NCBI GenBank assembly: GCA_002269645.1 | Contig: NIVC01002400.1 | Span: forward strand, 1-64,000 | Direction: 5' to 3' | Length of the DNA: 64,000 bases | Source of the DNA: Macrostomum lignano | Taxonomy: Eukaryota | Shown: positions 59,601 to 64,000 of the stretch, piece by piece | How the letters are laid out: every line of letters starts with the position of its first letter | Position numbering within the stretch: the stretch's first letter is position 1 | Translations under genes and position numbers: made by a program | The notes under the pieces: generated by a model | What the model saw: only the letters and a program-made list of their open reading frames with translations | Database searches by the model: none | Told to the model about the DNA's origin: nothing

Positions 59601-62366
59601 ACTGACCAGTCATTCATGGAGTTCTAGATGTGCAATCTGGAATAGGACTGACCAGTCATTCATGGAGTTCTAGATGTGCAATCTGGAATAGGACTGACCA
59701 GTCATTCATGGAGTTCTAGATGTGCAATCTGGAATAGGACTGACCAGTCATTCATGGAGTTCTAGATGTGCAATCTGGAATAGGACTGACCAGTCATTCA
59801 TGGAGTTCTAGATGTGCAATCTAGAATAGGACTGACCAGTCATTCATGGAGTTCTAGATGTGCAATCTGGAATAGGACTGACTAGTAATTCATGGAGTTC
59901 TAGATGTGCAATCTGGAATAGGACTCACCATTCATGGAGTTCTTTATAAAGCCTTCAAAGGCTGTCTTTGTTAATTAAATAATTCTTTGATGAAGTTAAA
60001 GCACGTCATTTCCGATCAGATTTAACTGTCAAATTTCGTGACCGAATGCTGGACTGACTAATAGGAATTGAATAATTAATTTCCTTTTCAATTTTCTATG
60101 CACGTAAATCTCTTAGGAATTGGATTTCTTTGAATTTCACTGAGCTAAAAAGATTAAAATAATGTACATATTTTGAATCGTTTTCTTGTCTTACACATGT
60201 CTGTTGCTAAGGCGTCTCGCGTCTCGTAATATGACTGAGATCATAAACTGTGTGAGGTTGCAATAAAAGCATCTATGACTGAGATCATAAACTGTGTGAG
60301 GTTGCAATAAAAGCATCTATGACTGAGATCATAAACTGTGTGAGGTTGCAATAAAAGCATCTATGACTGAGATCATAAACTGTGTGAGGTTGCAATAAAA
60401 GCATCTATGACTGAGATCATAAACTGTGTGAGGTTGCAATAAAAGCATCTATGACTGAGATCATAAACTGTGTGAGGTTGCAATAAAAGCATCTATGACT
60501 GAGATCATAAACTGTGTGAGGTTGCAATAAAAGCATCTATGACCCCAGCAACAATGTGCAAATGGCGAACACAACCCCACCTTAGGAGTCACGCCGCAGC
60601 CAACAGAAGCTGGGCACCGCTTCCCGTCTGGCCAATCTGATCCCGGATCCAACCGAAGATCTGGAAGAGTTCGTGCTTCGACCGGCACCTCAGGGTTGCG
60701 TAATCAAAGGCCGCATCACTCGAGACACGCGGGGCATCGAGCGGACCCGCTACCCGACTTACTACCTGCACATGGAACGCGATGATGGCAAGAAAATCTT
60801 TCTGCTGGCCGCTAGGAAACGCCGCCACTCGTCCACCGCGAACTACCTGATCTCCTGCGACCCGACAGATCTGAAACGTGCCGGCGAAAGTTTCGTTGGC
60901 AAATTGCGCGGCAATTTTTTTGGCACTGGTTTCACCGTGTTTGACAACGGCGAGGCGCCTAAGAAAAGCGGCGAGTTGGCGCGTAGAGAGTTGACGGCGA
61001 TCGCCTACGAGACCAACGTGCTGGGGTTCCGGGGCCCGAGGAAGATGACCGTCCTGTTGCCGGGCATGAACGCTGATTCGGAGAGGATCGAACTCCGTCC
61101 GAAGTCGGACGATGACGGCCTGCTGGCCAGGTACAAGAGAAAGGAAATGAACAACTTGCTAGAGTTGCACAATAAAACTCCTGTCTGGAATGAAGGTAAG
61201 TGCGACTCTCTACAATACTGTCAATTCACTGCATCGAGAATATTTTTGCCACCTCTATTTACAGTGCCTATATAAGTCACTCTGTCTGCAGTATCACAGA
61301 GTCAATGTCACTCTGTCTATACAGTATCACAGAATCAATGTCACTCTGTCTATACAGTATCACAGAATCAATGTCACTCTGTCTATACAGTATCACAGAG
61401 TCAATGTCACTCTGTCTATACAGTATCACAGAGTCAATGTCACTCTGTCTATACAGTATCACAGAGTCAATGTCACTCTGTCTATACAGTATCACAGAGT
61501 CAATGTCACTCTGTCTATACAGTATCACAGAGTCAATGTCACTCTGTCTATACAGTATCACAGAGTCAATGTCACTCTGTCTATACAGTATCACAGAGTC
61601 AATGTCACTCTGTCTATACAGTATCACAGAGTCAATGTCACTCTGTCTATACAGTATCACAGAGTCAATGTCACTCTGTCTATACAGTATCACAGAGTCA
61701 ATGTCACTCTGTGTATACAGTATCACAGAGTCAATGTCACTCTGTCTATACAGTATCACAGAGTCAATGTCACTCTGTCTATACAGTATCACAGAGTCAA
61801 TGTCACTCTGTCTATACAGTATCACAGAGTCAATGTCACTCTGTCTATACAGTATCACAGAGTCAATGTCACTCTGTCTATACAGTATCACAGAGTCAAT
61901 GTCACTCTGTCTATACAGTATCACAGAGTCAATGTCACTCTGTCTATACAGTATCACAGAGTCAATGTCACTCTGTCTATAAGTACATGTAGCCCTAACA
62001 ACTCCTTCATTGCCATTTAAAACTTAGAAAAACCTTTCGCAAAACATCTCGATCTATTCATAGACACGCAATCCTATGTGCTCAACTTTCACGGTCGAGT
62101 TACTCAAGCTTCGGTGAAAAATTTTCAAGTCGTTCACGACAACGATGGTGAGTAACGAAAGTTTGACTTTCTAATAGTTTTTAGGCATGTACACTCTCTG
62201 TATCTAAAAAACCGCTCCCTGCACTTTCACAGTCGACTACATCGTGATGCAGTTCGGTCGCATTTCCGATGACATTTTCACCATGGACTTCGCCTATCCA
62301 ATGTGCGCTCTGCAGGCCTTTGGTGTGGCCCTGTCATCGTTTGATGGCAAACTGGCTTGCGAGTGA
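56683..62366 (+). CDS. TUB: Tubby-family protein (TUB/TULP)
   Basis: Exons 56679-56911, 57311-57963, 60586-61195, 62064-62147 and 62233-62366 have matching phases; an upstream exon at 55536-55604 is also in phase. Tubby domain: [84 protein letters not shown]...[15 protein letters not shown]. The true start codon is uncertain. Confidence 0.95.
58025..58545 (-). mobile_element. 5'-truncated LINE 3' end (same family as 43157-45196) in a Tubby intron
   Basis: CRQT...[10 protein letters not shown]...HGC...CPFC...[11 protein letters not shown] (non-LTR ORF2 CCHC), followed by a 3' module nearly identical to 43160-43275. Confidence 0.85.
59310..59940. repeat. 46/49-bp minisatellite (GACTGACCAGTCATTCATGGAGTTCTAGATGTGCAATCTGGAATAG)
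   Basis: Directly visible, about 13 copies. Confidence 0.93.
60232..60543. repeat. 44-bp perfect minisatellite, about 7 copies, each containing AATAAA
   Basis: Unit ATGACTGAGATCATAAACTGTGTGAGGTTGCAATAAAAGCATCT. Confidence 0.95.
61290..61980. repeat. 33-bp minisatellite (CAGTATCACAGAGTCAATGTCACTCTGTCTATA), about 21 copies
   Basis: Directly visible; internal inverted repeat ACAGAGT/ACTCTGT. Confidence 0.96.
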
Positions 62367-63793
62367 TGCAGATCTGCAGCTGCTCTGATGGAGTCTGACA
62401 GGCTGTTGGTTGTCTTTGTAACACAGTTTTATTGCTTACTGAGTCTTTGTTTCATTTTATAATTGTTGTTGTAATTTATACTGCGTATATAGCTAGTGTG
62501 CAGTTAATGTGCAGTCAAACACACTCACACACACACACACACTTGGATATCTGGTTTTAATCACCTATAGATACATATTACACTTATACTCGTAAATTAT
62601 ATATAAATTTTCAGTCAGTGAATTTATAGAACAGAAGAGCAGATTTGAGCTAATAATGGATTTTTTAGTTTCTTGTATTTTTGCTGTTTTTCAGTCTGAA
62701 GTTATTGTAAGCCGTCCAAATGTTTTTTTGATATAACTATTTTTTTCTGGTATCGCACAATAAAAACCAAGTTTTAAACTTTTTTAAACAATATTTCTAA
62801 CTTTACACATTACTCATATGTAGTATCATGTGATAAAGTTTTCTTTTCCGTACCAAACACAATACCCGTCCGATTTTTACTTATATAACACTTTATTCAC
62901 ACCGTCCGTTGTTGAAAAGTATTTAATTCTGTGTTTACAAACGCAAATGTTTGTTTTATTTTAGACACAATTCAAATATTTTAAGATATGCTATCCAGTC
63001 CTGCTATTATAAAAAAAAGTAAAAATTTACCTGTTAATAAATTTATTTATTTTTATTTATTTTATTTTAACTCTTAAAGACCTAAATAACTACGAGTAAA
63101 ATTCACGAATAAAAATATACCTACTCGTTAAAAGAGTTGCATTATTTTCTTAAAATTTCTATTCTTTTTGAAATAAATTACCTAACAAAACTGCAGGAGT
63201 TTACTATTGAGCCTTGGTTAACATTCTTATTGTGAATTTTTGAAATATATATGATGCAAATATTGAAATGATTTTTTTCTCTGTTCTGGAGACTCCGTTG
63301 TTTAGTCCAAGACGATCTACTCCAGATAGAATAATTTGTCTCTGTCAGTATATGGTAGATTGACGATCTTATTTTAAATCATGTACTCCTGTTTTTCTGT
63401 CTTTGATCTCATTTTACTTATTTCTGCATATTTATTTCTGATTCCTATCAGATGCGCTGCTTACCTACTTGCGAGTAGTTGATATAAAATAGTTAGGAAC
63501 GCTCTCTTGCTGCACAAACTTGTTATTGCTATTTTAAACATGCATGTTTTGTCTATGCGCCAAACTTTCTTTCATTGACAAAGATTCAAATTGGTAATTC
63601 GTTTGTTTAATAGCGGAAAAGAAGAAAAATCTTATTGAAAGACACTGCACATTGCTAAAATATATCTTATCAAATAATCGCGATTAGTTTTTCGTCTCTT
63701 GCTTCACCGCTTATGACACAAAATGGGTACCCATGTGAAATGAGTTGATGTTTGACTCTTTTAATTCATTGATAATGGCCGGGGTGCCACATG

Positions 63794-63843
63794 TAGTTAG
63801 TTAGTTAGTCAGTTTGTTTGTTAGTTTGCTTGTTTGTTTGTTC

Positions 63844-63884
<41 letters not shown>

Positions 63885-63908
63885 CTAGTTAGTTAGTCAG
63901 TTAGTTAG
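63794..63908. repeat. (TTAG)n microsatellite
   Basis: Directly visible. Confidence 0.9.
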
Positions 63909-64000
63909 ACCCAATAAAGAACAAAAAGTTTGTTAATTCACGCCAATTTTACTGCCAAATCGATGTCACGCGGCAGTAACCGATTTAAGAACTGCTATCC

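Overview
Eukaryotic (animal) genomic DNA with spliceosomal GT-AG introns; no prokaryotic operons, rRNA or CRISPR. I could assemble five spliced genes by hand: a NUF2-like kinetochore gene (-, 3076-6672); an 18-exon M1 aminopeptidase (+, 10858-36287, about 1004 aa, exon phases close, catalytic motifs intact); a 2-exon tropomyosin-like gene (-, 41028-42197); a 3-exon 200-aa gene I cannot assign (+, 46216-49493); and a Tubby-family gene (+, about 55536/56683-62366). Mobile DNA includes a near-intact BEL/Pao LTR retrotransposon (22511-29479, visually identical 262-bp LTRs, 5-bp TSD) in an aminopeptidase intron, three pieces of one non-LTR family (one nested antiparallel in another), MULE/FLYWCH plus Merlin-like relics, and probable hAT MITE, SINE and Helitron remnants. 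The dominant pattern is that most long introns look like a roughly 90-100 nt intron inflated by its own private tandem array, with about 25 different repeat units in the window. Most long ORFs in the ORF track are translation artefacts of these arrays. The architecture resembles repeat-rich invertebrate genomes such as macrostomid flatworms, but that is inference only. All coordinates were read by eye; repeat boundaries are approximate.
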